Source of the DNA: Formosa sp. Hel1_33_131
Lineage (GTDB): Bacteria > Bacteroidota > Bacteroidia > Flavobacteriales > Flavobacteriaceae
Length of the DNA stretch: 32,000 nucleotides
Assembly (NCBI RefSeq): GCF_001735745.1
Contig: NZ_CP017260.1
Coordinates: 2,520,001-2,552,000 of the forward strand
Direction: 5' to 3'
Within the stretch, counting starts at the first letter, position 1; every line of letters starts with the position of its first letter. A program made the translations under genes and the position numbers. The notes below the pieces were generated by a model that made no database searches, was not told where the DNA came from, and saw only the letters and a program-made list of their open reading frames with translations. Below, piece by piece: positions 15,299 to 24,215 of this stretch.

Positions 15299-17605
15299 AT
15301 GAAAAATTTATTTAAAATATTAAAAAAAGTTTCACTACTTATTTTAGCAATCAGTTTTATGGGTTGTGACGATGATGAAGCGGTTTTACCACAACTTACA
15401 GCTGGTTTTACACACACGATTAATGCAGATACTGGTACAGTCACCTTTATCAATACCTCAGTAAATGCCTCAACATACGCTTGGGATTTTGGAGATGAAA
15501 GTACTTCAACGCTTATTAATCCAGTAAACGTCTATGCAAACGGTACATACTTGGTGGTTTTAAAGTCCTCCAATGTCGCAGGAGCTTATGATATTTTTTC
15601 TGATGAGATTACAATTAATATTCCTGAAATCGCAACCTTACCAATTACGTTTGATGGTGTAAATACCAACTATGATGCAACCGTTTTTGATGGTACAAGT
15701 TTTGAGATTCTTACAAATCCAGATCTTTCAGGTACAAACGCAGTGGAATCTAATGTAGGAGCAGTTACAAACAGTGGTGCGACTTACGAAGGCTTGTTCT
15801 TTGAATTAGGGGCACCCGTAGATTTAACGACTGACAAGTCGATCAAAATGAATTTCTGGGCAAATGCACCAGTAAACGTTTTATTAAAACTTGAAGATGG
15901 TTCTGCAGCAAATGTAGAAGCTACAGCCAGTCATACAGGAACTGGTTGGGAAGAAATTATTTTCACTTTTAACTCTGCCGCGAGTTACTCACAACTTACC
16001 ATGTTTGTAGATGGTGCGGGAACAACCGATGGGACATTCTATTTTGATGATATTACACAAATAGTATCGCCTCCAACACCTTGTACAGCAGAAACAGTTG
16101 AATCAATTTCCGCTGCTGATTTGAATATAACATTTATGTCAGATCCAACGGCTAGTGTTGTTAATGATGGTGCTACATTTGAGTGGATAGACAATCCAGA
16201 TTTTGATAACGCAGTAAATACTTCTTGTAAAGTAGGGAAAATCACAAAATTAGGAAACAACCCTTGGGATAACAATCAAATTGTCTTAGATGCGAAATTG
16301 GATTTTAATGCCAATGAAGGTTTAAAAATGAAAGTTTGGTCTTCAAGACCAAACACTGAAGTTAGAATTAAACTTGAAGAAGATGGAACTCCAGCTACTA
16401 ATGTAGAAAAGTTTTTAACTACATCAGTTACTGATGGATGGGAGGAATTAAGCTTCGCTTTTACTAGTGTTGATAGTGACAAATACAATAAAGTGGTTCT
16501 TTTCTTTGATTTGAATGCAAACAACACAGATACTTATTATTTTGATGATTTGACATTATATGGAACAGGAACAGGTCCTGTAGTTTGTGATCCTGAAACA
16601 ACAGAGTCTTACAGTGCATCCAACTTAAACATGACGTTTCAATCCGATCCAACTGCAGACTTTATCACTGATGGTGCTAGTTTTTCATGGGTAGATAACC
16701 CAGACTTTGACAATACTGTAAACAGCTCTTGTAAAGTAGGTAAAGTCGTAAAAGCAAATAACAATGCTTGGGATAACAATCAATATGATTTAGACGCAAA
16801 ATTAGATTTTAATGCGAATACTGGCTTAAAAATTAAAGTATGGTCTGCAAGACCAAATACCGAAGTTAGATTAAAATTAGAAGAGATTGGAAATGCAGGT
16901 AATAATGTTGAGAAATTTTTCACAACTTCAGTAACAAGCGGATGGGAAGAATTGACGTTCCCTTTTACAGCTGCTGATAGTGGTAAATTTAATAAGCTTG
17001 TTATTTTCTTTGATTTAAATGCTAATAACACCGATACGTACTACTTTGACGACCTTAAGCTTTATGGTTCTGGCGGCGGTGGTGGCGGCGGTGGCGGTTC
17101 ATATAATCTTACGCTTCCTATTAATTTTGAGACAACAGGACATGGAGCAAGTTGGACTTGGAATGTTTTTGAAAATGATTCGAACCCACCAGTTGAATTC
17201 GTAGCAAATCCAAATGCATCAGGAATAAACACCTCAAGTACAGTGGCTAAAATCACGGCACTTCAAGCTGGACAACCTTATGTTGGTTGTGAAACCGCAC
17301 ATGGCGAAATGGGAATTACGTGGGATCTTTCTGCATCCAATGCGATCATTAAGATTATGGTTTACAAAACCGTAATCAGTGATGTTGGTATTAAACTAGT
17401 AAATACTACTAATGGCGCACAAGGAGAAATCAAAGTTCCAAACACTGTAATTAATGCATGGGAAGAATTGACATTTGATTTTACGAGTCGTATTGGAAAT
17501 GGATTAGATGGCTCTACAAATATTGATCAGATTGTTGTATTCCCTGATTTCAATGCAAGAACATCGGATAATGTAGTGTATTTCGATAACATTACGTTTC
17601 AATAA
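15299..17605 (+). CDS. PKD-domain lipoprotein with four CBM-like beta-sandwich modules (putative laminarin-binding surface protein)
   Basis: Lipobox SFMG-C23-DDDE. PKD motif TVTFINTS..YAWDFGDEST (about aa 33-108). Four modules each end in YFDD/YFDN (aa about 112-255, 262-429, 430-597 and 600-768). A G9 linker precedes the last module. Confidence 0.75.
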   Translation: MKNLFKILKKVSLLILAISFMGCDDDEAVLPQLTAGFTHTINADTGTVTFINTSVNASTYAWDFGDESTSTLINPVNVYANGTYLVVLKSSNVAGAYDIFSDEITINIPEIATLPITFDGVNTNYDATVFDGTSFEILTNPDLSGTNAVESNVGAVTNSGATYEGLFFELGAPVDLTTDKSIKMNFWANAPVNVLLKLEDGSAANVEATASHTGTGWEEIIFTFNSAASYSQLTMFVDGAGTTDGTFYFDDITQIVSPPTPCTAETVESISAADLNITFMSDPTASVVNDGATFEWIDNPDFDNAVNTSCKVGKITKLGNNPWDNNQIVLDAKLDFNANEGLKMKVWSSRPNTEVRIKLEEDGTPATNVEKFLTTSVTDGWEELSFAFTSVDSDKYNKVVLFFDLNANNTDTYYFDDLTLYGTGTGPVVCDPETTESYSASNLNMTFQSDPTADFITDGASFSWVDNPDFDNTVNSSCKVGKVVKANNNAWDNNQYDLDAKLDFNANTGLKIKVWSARPNTEVRLKLEEIGNAGNNVEKFFTTSVTSGWEELTFPFTAADSGKFNKLVIFFDLNANNTDTYYFDDLKLYGSGGGGGGGGGSYNLTLPINFETTGHGASWTWNVFENDSNPPVEFVANPNASGINTSSTVAKITALQAGQPYVGCETAHGEMGITWDLSASNAIIKIMVYKTVISDVGIKLVNTTNGAQGEIKVPNTVINAWEELTFDFTSRIGNGLDGSTNIDQIVVFPDFNARTSDNVVYFDNITFQ
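16082..17089 (+). repeat. Intragenic tandem duplication, 2 x 504 nt (two 168-aa CBM-like modules)
   Basis: Units 16082-16585 and 16586-17089 both start at a Cys codon. The hand alignment is gapless with 119/168 identical residues (71%). The antisense 83-aa ORFs at 16276-16527 and 16780-17031 mirror each other at the same 504-nt offset. Confidence 0.9.
17066..17101 (+). repeat. GGN simple-sequence tract encoding GSGGGGGGGGGS inter-domain linker
   Basis: ggttctggcggcggtggtggcggcggtggcggttca. This is a GC-rich island in AT-rich DNA. The antisense frame gives a poly-Pro artefact ORF. Confidence 0.9.
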
Positions 17606-17614
17606 TTAATAAAT

Positions 17615-17647
17615 AAGGCTAGGGAAAAATTATCTCTAGCCTTTTTA
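17615..17647 (+). terminator. Rho-independent terminator ending operon 1
   Basis: AAGGCTAG(GG)-loop-(CT)CTAGCCTT gives an 8-10 bp stem followed by TTTTTAT. It begins 10 nt after the stop codon at 17605. Confidence 0.6.
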
Positions 17648-17769
17648 TATTAAAATAGTCAATAGTTCAGCCAGAATTCATACAGGTAAGTTATCCGTAA
17701 AAGAAACGCTATAATTTTCGTTTATTAAAATAAATGAATTAAAACACGAATAAAAAGGTTATGATTAAG

Positions 17770-17798
17770 TTGTTTTTAACAAGCCTTTTTTATTTTTG
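17770..17798 (+). promoter_or_regulatory. Candidate Bacteroidota-type promoter for operon 2
   Basis: TATTTTTG (17791-17798) matches the -7 consensus TAnnTTTG. A TTG at 17770-17772 lies 18 nt upstream (-33-like). It is 114 nt before the ATG at 17912. Not validated. Confidence 0.25.
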
Positions 17799-17911
17799 AA
17801 ATTAGTATTTAAGTATTAAAAAAAACCAATCAACTCTAAGCAGTTAAAAGATATTAAAGAATTATAAAGCCTCAAAAAATCATAAATGGGGGTTTATTGA
17901 TAAAAAATTAA

Positions 17912-20900
17912 ATGACAAAGAAAGCTATTTTTTTAGGAAAAAATAAAGACGTGAATCAGGGTAAAGACATCGATGGAACCTTAGTCAACATTGACAACGA
18001 AGTCTATTATAAGATTTCGAATAGTGACAAAATGAGACCATTTTTCATGAGCATCGTTAGTGATTCAAATCACTGGATGTTTATTTCTAGTAATGGAAGT
18101 CTAACCGCTGGAAGAAAAAACTCTGAATTTGCATTATTTCCGTACTATACAGATGATAAAATCACGGAAGCAGCTGAAATCACAGGAAGTAAATCTATTT
18201 TCCAAGTAGTCAAAAATGATGAAGTTCATTTATGGGAACCTTTTTCGGATCGTTTTGCAGGAAAGTACAAAACCACTCGAAATTTATATAAAAACGAGTA
18301 TGGTAATAAAGTCTTGTTCGAAGAAATCAACCACGATTTAGAACTCACCTTTCAATACCAATGGAATTCTACAAACACCTTTGGATTTATAAAAAAATCG
18401 AAGCTTATCAATACTGCAACCTCTACTGTTGAAGTCAATGTATTGGATGGGATTCAAAACATTTTACCTTACGGCGTTGGTAGCGATTTACAAAATGCAA
18501 GTAGTAATTTAGTCGATGCCTATAAACGTAGTGAGTTAGAAAAAAGTTCAGGTTTAGGGATTTATGCTTTAAGCGCAATTATTGTAGATAAAGCAGAGCC
18601 TAGCGAAGCTCTAAAAGCAAATATTGTTTGGTCTTTAGGTTTAGACACTCCTAAATATTTACTCTCCTCCTTACAACTTGATAGCTTTAGAAAACAATAT
18701 GAAATTCAAGATGAGACGGATGTCAAAGCTGAAAAAGGCGCTTATTTTGTCAATTCTCAAATTGTATTAGCATCCCAAGAAGACAAAGAGTGGTTGCTTG
18801 TTGCAGAGGTGAATAAAAACCATTCCGCCATTGCAAAGTTGGTTAATAAAATTAAAACCAATGATGGTTTATGGGAATTGATAGACCAAAAAATTGAAAA
18901 AGGAACCACGCGTTTAATCGCCTTAAATGCGGCTTCTGATGGTTTACAGCTTTCCGCAGATAAATTTAGAGATACACGCCATTTCTCAAACACCTTGTTC
19001 AATATTATGAGAGGTGGGATTTTTGATAATAACTATCAAATTGAAAAATGGGATTTTAAAAATTACCTAGCAAAAGCCAATAAAAAAGTAGCAAGAACGA
19101 CAGAAGAAAATGTTGAAAAACTTCCTGAAAAGTTCACGCTTTCAGTGTTACAAGAACTCGCTCATCAAGTAGATGACACTAACTTTAGACGCCTTTGTTT
19201 CGAATACATGCCGTTAAAATTTAGCCGTCGTCATGGAGATCCGAGTCGTCCTTGGAATAAATTTTCAATCAACACCAAAAGTGAGATTGATGGTTCAAAA
19301 ATATTAGATTACGAAGGAAACTGGCGCGATATTTTCCAAAACTGGGAAGCATTGGCACATTCGTATCCTGCGTTTATTGAAAGTATGATCCATAAATTTT
19401 TAAACGCAACAACCTTTGATGGCTACAATCCATACCGTGTAACCAAAGGCGGATTTGATTGGGAAACTATTGAACCAGACGACCCTTGGTCGTACATCGG
19501 TTATTGGGGCGATCATCAAGTGATCTATTTACTCAAATTTTTAGAGTTTATTGAAAGCCACCAACCAGGTAAATTAGCAACTCTTTTTGATAAAGATTTA
19601 TTTGTCTATGCCAATGTTCCTTATAAGATCAAAAGCTACGACGCCTTGCTTGAAAATCCAAAAGATACCATTGAATTTGATGAAGCACTCGATCATAAAA
19701 TTAGAGAACAACGCGTAGAACTTGGAGCCGATGGTGCCCTACTTCGCGATGAGAATCGTTTTATTGTAAAAGTCAATTTCATTGAAAAAATACTAGCCAC
19801 CACTTTAGCAAAACTTTCAAACTTTATTCCAGAAGGTGGAATTTGGATGAATACGCAACGTCCTGAATGGAACGATGCCAACAATGCCTTGGTTGGTAGT
19901 GGGGTTTCTATGGTCACCTTGTATTATTTACGACGTTTCTTGAAATTCTTTGATACAGTCATAGTTCAATCGGACTTAGAAACCGTCGAAGTTTCTAAAG
20001 AACTCGTCACATTCTTTGATGCTATTTCAACGACCTTTAAAGATAACCAGAATTTACTATCCGGGCGTATCAATGATACAGACCGAAAAGTAATTTTAGA
20101 TGCCTTAGGAAATGCAGGAAGCAACTATAGAACTCAAATTTATAATGCCGCTTTTTCAGGAAGAAAAAGTGAACTATCTGTGAAGGATATAAAAGCATTT
20201 ATTGAGGTGAGTCTTCAGTATTTAGAGCACTCTATCGAAGTGAATAAACGAGAAGATAATTTATACCATGCATATAATTTAATGACCGTCAACGAAAACA
20301 ACAGCGTTTCAATTTCGTATTTAGATGAAATGTTAGAAGGTCAGGTTGCCGTTTTAAGTTCAAAATATTTATCAACCAAACAGTCCTTATCTGTTTTGGA
20401 TGCAATGAAAAACAGCAAGCTTTTCCGTCCAGACCAATACAGTTATTTATTATATCCGAATAAAGAATTAAAAGGATTCATTGGGCGTAACACAATTTCA
20501 GCAGCAGCTGTGTCATCGTCTAAATTATTAGGACAACTCGTAAGCGATAAAAATGTTCAAATTATAGAGAAAGATGTCAATGGTGATTACCATTTCAATG
20601 GAAATTTTAAAAATGCCAACGATTTAAAAGCGGCTTTAATCGAACTTTCAGGAACTTCTTACGAAGCACTCGCTCATTCAGAAACTCCAAAAATACTACA
20701 GATATTTGAAGAAGTATTTAACCATAAAGCCTTTACAGGTCGTTCAGGTACCTTTTATGGCTATGAAGGATTAGGATCCATCTATTGGCACATGGTGTCG
20801 AAATTGCAATTAGCAGTTTTGGAAAGCTGTAATTCAGCCATTGAATCGGAAGCTGATGCAGTGGATGTAGGGAATTTATTAGACCACTATTACGAAATAA

Positions 20901-21385
20901 ATGCAGGAATTGGTGTGCACAAATCACCAAAACTCTATGGAGCATTTCCAACCGATGCCTATTCGCATACACCGGCAGGAAAAGGTGCACAACAACCAGG
21001 AATGACGGGACAGGTAAAAGAAGATATTTTATCACGTTTTGGCGAACTAGGAGTGGTAGTTTCAGAAGGAACACTAGGATTCAATCCACGTTTACTACGA
21101 GGAAATGAGTTTTTGAAAGAAAGTAACATCTTTCATTACATCGCGATTCCTACTAAAAAAGACAGCATTTTGGTTTCAGAAGGTTCACTTTGTTTTACCT
21201 ACTGTCAAGTGCCTATTATATACACCATAGCAGAAGAAGACAGTTTAACGGTTGACTTCAGCAATGGAACCGCAAAAACGTTTAATAGCTTAAGCTTAGA
21301 TACAGAAACAAGCGAACACGTATTTAATCGTAATGGTGAAGTCGTTCAACTAAATGTACATATTAAAAAGAGTCGTTTAAAATAA
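17912..21385 (+). CDS. Cytoplasmic GH94-like (clan GH-Q) glycoside phosphorylase, most consistent with GH149-type beta-1,3-glucan phosphorylase
   Basis: 1157 aa with no signal peptide. RPEWNDANNAL (D655, nt 19874-19876) resembles the ADWNDCLN catalytic-Asp motif of GH94 phosphorylases. GNWRDIFQNWE resembles the RDxxQD phosphate/sugar-binding motif. Size and the GH16/GH17/GH30 context match what I recall for bacterial GH149. Confidence 0.6.
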   Translation: MTKKAIFLGKNKDVNQGKDIDGTLVNIDNEVYYKISNSDKMRPFFMSIVSDSNHWMFISSNGSLTAGRKNSEFALFPYYTDDKITEAAEITGSKSIFQVVKNDEVHLWEPFSDRFAGKYKTTRNLYKNEYGNKVLFEEINHDLELTFQYQWNSTNTFGFIKKSKLINTATSTVEVNVLDGIQNILPYGVGSDLQNASSNLVDAYKRSELEKSSGLGIYALSAIIVDKAEPSEALKANIVWSLGLDTPKYLLSSLQLDSFRKQYEIQDETDVKAEKGAYFVNSQIVLASQEDKEWLLVAEVNKNHSAIAKLVNKIKTNDGLWELIDQKIEKGTTRLIALNAASDGLQLSADKFRDTRHFSNTLFNIMRGGIFDNNYQIEKWDFKNYLAKANKKVARTTEENVEKLPEKFTLSVLQELAHQVDDTNFRRLCFEYMPLKFSRRHGDPSRPWNKFSINTKSEIDGSKILDYEGNWRDIFQNWEALAHSYPAFIESMIHKFLNATTFDGYNPYRVTKGGFDWETIEPDDPWSYIGYWGDHQVIYLLKFLEFIESHQPGKLATLFDKDLFVYANVPYKIKSYDALLENPKDTIEFDEALDHKIREQRVELGADGALLRDENRFIVKVNFIEKILATTLAKLSNFIPEGGIWMNTQRPEWNDANNALVGSGVSMVTLYYLRRFLKFFDTVIVQSDLETVEVSKELVTFFDAISTTFKDNQNLLSGRINDTDRKVILDALGNAGSNYRTQIYNAAFSGRKSELSVKDIKAFIEVSLQYLEHSIEVNKREDNLYHAYNLMTVNENNSVSISYLDEMLEGQVAVLSSKYLSTKQSLSVLDAMKNSKLFRPDQYSYLLYPNKELKGFIGRNTISAAAVSSSKLLGQLVSDKNVQIIEKDVNGDYHFNGNFKNANDLKAALIELSGTSYEALAHSETPKILQIFEEVFNHKAFTGRSGTFYGYEGLGSIYWHMVSKLQLAVLESCNSAIESEADAVDVGNLLDHYYEINAGIGVHKSPKLYGAFPTDAYSHTPAGKGAQQPGMTGQVKEDILSRFGELGVVVSEGTLGFNPRLLRGNEFLKESNIFHYIAIPTKKDSILVSEGSLCFTYCQVPIIYTIAEEDSLTVDFSNGTAKTFNSLSLDTETSEHVFNRNGEVVQLNVHIKKSRLK

Positions 21386-21400
21386 AATTTGTAAGATATT

Positions 21401-22693
21401 ATGAGAGCAACAAAGCATATATTAATTTTAATACTCCTTGTTTTTCTTGTAATATCTTGTAAAAATAAGCAATCAAATACGCAGAACCCGAACCAACAAA
21501 ATCAAAACGAAGTGACAGCTAAAGACATCTTAGGAAATTCAAAATATTTAGCGATCTCTTACGGAGGATATCGAAAAAAATCTCGAGATTTTCAACCCTC
21601 AATTGAAGAGTTAAAAGAAGATATGAAAATTCTTCATGCGATGAATATTAGAATATTGCGCACCTATAATGTGCGTTTGGCGCATACGTCTAATATTTTA
21701 AAAGCCATTCGGGAGTTGAAAAATGAAGATGCCAATTTCGAAATGTATATGATGGTTGGTGCTTGGATCGATTGTAAAAATGCTTGGACCGATCAACCGT
21801 TGAATCACCATGAAGAAAGCGAGAACAATGCCTCTGAGATTGATCGTGCAGTCGCTTTGGCACAAGAATTTCCAGATATTGTAAAAGTCATTGCCGTTGG
21901 AAATGAAGCCATGGTCAAATGGGCCGCCTCTTATTTTGTGCAACCCGCTGTGATTTTAAAATGGGTAAACCATTTACAAGCTTTAAAGAAAAAAGGAGAC
22001 CTATCCAAAGACTTATGGATCACCAGTTCCGATAATTTTGCTTCTTGGGGTGGGGGAGATCCTCAATACCATGTGGAAGATCTCACGAAATTAATCGAGG
22101 CTGTGGATTATCTATCTGTACATACCTATCCAATGCACGATACACATTACAATCCTATTTTTTGGGGCGTTTTCGGGGACGAAACCGAATTGTCAAGTTT
22201 GAAACGCATTGATATTGCCATGAACCGAGCCAAAACTTATGCCGTTTCACAAAGCGATAGTGTGGCAAGTTATATAAAGAGCTTGGGCATTAACAAACCA
22301 ATCCATATTGGTGAAACAGGTTGGGCAAGTTTTTCTAACGGTTATTACGGGGCTAAAGGCTCTAAAGCAACCGATGAGTACAAGGAGGCTATTTTTTACA
22401 ACCATATTCGTGAATGGACTAATGAAGCTAATATGTCATGCTTCTATTTTGAAGCCTTTGATGAACCATGGAAAGATGCGCATAACTCAGGAGGTTCTGA
22501 AAACCATTTTGGTTTATTTACGGTGGATGGTAAAGCAAAATACGTTCTCTGGGATTTGGTAGATAAAGGCGTTTTTGAAGGATTGACACGTGGCGGGAAT
22601 CCCATCACCAAAACCTATAATGGAAATAAAGAAGCACTATTCCTTGAGGTTGAATTGCCTCCGGTAAAAAAAGAAATCACAAAGAACCATTAA
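21401..22693 (+). CDS. GH17 beta-1,3-glucanase lipoprotein
   Basis: Lipobox LVIS-C20-KNKQSN with a Q/N-rich linker. VIAVGNEAMV (acid/base Glu) and IHIGETGWAS (nucleophile Glu) are present. FEAFDEPWK is typical of GH17. Confidence 0.85.
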   Translation: MRATKHILILILLVFLVISCKNKQSNTQNPNQQNQNEVTAKDILGNSKYLAISYGGYRKKSRDFQPSIEELKEDMKILHAMNIRILRTYNVRLAHTSNILKAIRELKNEDANFEMYMMVGAWIDCKNAWTDQPLNHHEESENNASEIDRAVALAQEFPDIVKVIAVGNEAMVKWAASYFVQPAVILKWVNHLQALKKKGDLSKDLWITSSDNFASWGGGDPQYHVEDLTKLIEAVDYLSVHTYPMHDTHYNPIFWGVFGDETELSSLKRIDIAMNRAKTYAVSQSDSVASYIKSLGINKPIHIGETGWASFSNGYYGAKGSKATDEYKEAIFYNHIREWTNEANMSCFYFEAFDEPWKDAHNSGGSENHFGLFTVDGKAKYVLWDLVDKGVFEGLTRGGNPITKTYNGNKEALFLEVELPPVKKEITKNH

Positions 22694-22694
22694 T

Positions 22695-24182
22695 ATGAAA
22701 CGTTTAAAAATACATCATTTTTTAATTTTATTCGCAATGCTCACAGCATGTACATCTAAAGAACCTTTGCAAGTAACCGTTTATGAAACGTCTGCGAATG
22801 GTAACAAGTTAACCGAAGTATCAGAATTTAGTACTTCTGAAAACCCTTCGAAAATTCAACTGAGTCCGGAACAAATATTCCAAACCATCACTGGTTTTGG
22901 GGGCTCATTTACGGAATCTTCTGCGTACTTACTAAATCGTTTGAGTAAAAAAAATAGAACTAAAATTATCGACGCTTACTTTAGTGAAAAAGGTGCCAAC
23001 TATTCATTGACCCGTACACATATTAGTTCTTGTGATTTTTCATTAAATAACTATACCTATGCGCCTATAGCGGATGATTTTGAGCTAAAACATTTCAGCA
23101 TCATAGAAGATATGGACGATTTAATCCCTATGATAAAAGACGCAATGGCCGTCTCTGAAGATGGATTTAAAATCATAGCTTCTCCATGGACCGCACCGCC
23201 TTGGATGAAAGATAATAAAGAATATGTTGGTGGTAAATTACTACCAGAATACTACGATACCTTTGCCTTATTTTTTTCTAAATACATAGATTATTATAAA
23301 GCTGAAGGCATTGATATTTGGGGTTTAACCCCCGTCAATGAGCCTCATGGAAATGGCAATAACTGGGAGAGTATGCATTTCTCTCCAGAAGAGGAAACCG
23401 ATTTTGTTCAAAACCATTTAGGACCAAAACTGGAAGCGGACGGAAAAGGAGCAATCAATATTTTAGGCTATGATCAAAACAGAGCTGGATTAAAAGAATG
23501 GGTCGATGTGATGTTTGAAAATGAAGCAGCTTCCAAGTATTATGCAGGAACCGCCATTCATTGGTATGAAAGTACTTATGATTTTTTCCCTAAAGCATTA
23601 CAATATGCTCATGACAAAGCACCTAACAAATACTTAATAGAAACCGAAGGCTGTGTAGATTCTGAAATTCCAAAATGGCAAGATGACAAATGGTATTGGT
23701 CTAAAGAGGCAACGGATTGGGGATTTGATTGGCGAGAGCAAGAAAAAAAATATTTACATCCAAAATACGCCCCTGTCAACAGATATGCCAGAGATATTAT
23801 TGGTTGCTTAAATAACTGGGTTGACGGTTGGGTCGATTGGAATATGGTATTGGACAGACAGGGTGGTCCAAACTGGTTTAAAAACTGGTGTGTTGCTCCT
23901 GTGATTGTAGATTCCGATAACGATGAAGTCTATTTTACGCCTTTGTATTATACGATGGCACATTTTAGTAAATACATACGACCCGGCGCCAAAGTGATTG
24001 GTCTGGATCATTCGGATACCGACCTACAAGTCACCGCTGCACAAAACCCTGATGGAACCATTGCAGTTGTGGTATTCAATGAAGGAACAACATTAAAAAC
24101 CTTTGAACTTTCTTTAGGAGAATCTTCAACAATAATAGCCATACAACCACAAGCCATACAAACGATTGTATTACCAAACTAA
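22695..24182 (+). CDS. GH30 family glycosidase lipoprotein (probable exo-beta-1,6-glucanase debranching laminarin)
   Basis: Lipobox MLTA-C19-TSKE. GFGGSFTESSAY, WGLTPVNEP (acid/base) and YLIETEGC (nucleophile) are GH30 motifs. Substrate is inferred from context. Confidence 0.85.
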   Translation: MKRLKIHHFLILFAMLTACTSKEPLQVTVYETSANGNKLTEVSEFSTSENPSKIQLSPEQIFQTITGFGGSFTESSAYLLNRLSKKNRTKIIDAYFSEKGANYSLTRTHISSCDFSLNNYTYAPIADDFELKHFSIIEDMDDLIPMIKDAMAVSEDGFKIIASPWTAPPWMKDNKEYVGGKLLPEYYDTFALFFSKYIDYYKAEGIDIWGLTPVNEPHGNGNNWESMHFSPEEETDFVQNHLGPKLEADGKGAINILGYDQNRAGLKEWVDVMFENEAASKYYAGTAIHWYESTYDFFPKALQYAHDKAPNKYLIETEGCVDSEIPKWQDDKWYWSKEATDWGFDWREQEKKYLHPKYAPVNRYARDIIGCLNNWVDGWVDWNMVLDRQGGPNWFKNWCVAPVIVDSDNDEVYFTPLYYTMAHFSKYIRPGAKVIGLDHSDTDLQVTAAQNPDGTIAVVVFNEGTTLKTFELSLGESSTIIAIQPQAIQTIVLPN

Positions 24183-24215
24183 CAAACTAACACACAAACT
24201 AAAAACCAACACATC

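Noticed and set aside
16276-17031. Two mutually similar 83-aa minus-strand ORFs (16276-16527 and 16780-17031) that could look like a duplicated small gene.
   Set aside because: They are antisense shadows of the 504-nt tandem duplication within the PKD/CBM gene. The plus-strand frame has domain motifs and continuity.
17066-17101. GC-rich GGN tract as a slipped-strand phase-variation switch.
   Set aside because: It is a mixed GGC/GGT codon tract, not a homopolymer, and it stays in frame. It lies exactly at a domain boundary, where it encodes a Gly linker. Length changes in multiples of 3 would only alter linker length.
17062-17256. 64-aa minus-strand ORF ending in a poly-Pro run.
   Set aside because: It is the antisense reading of the Gly-linker tract inside a well-supported plus-strand gene, so it is an artefact.
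18757-21074. Minus-strand ORFs (81, 74 and 113 aa) inside the phosphorylase gene.
   Set aside because: They are antisense to an uninterrupted 1157-codon ORF that carries catalytic motifs.
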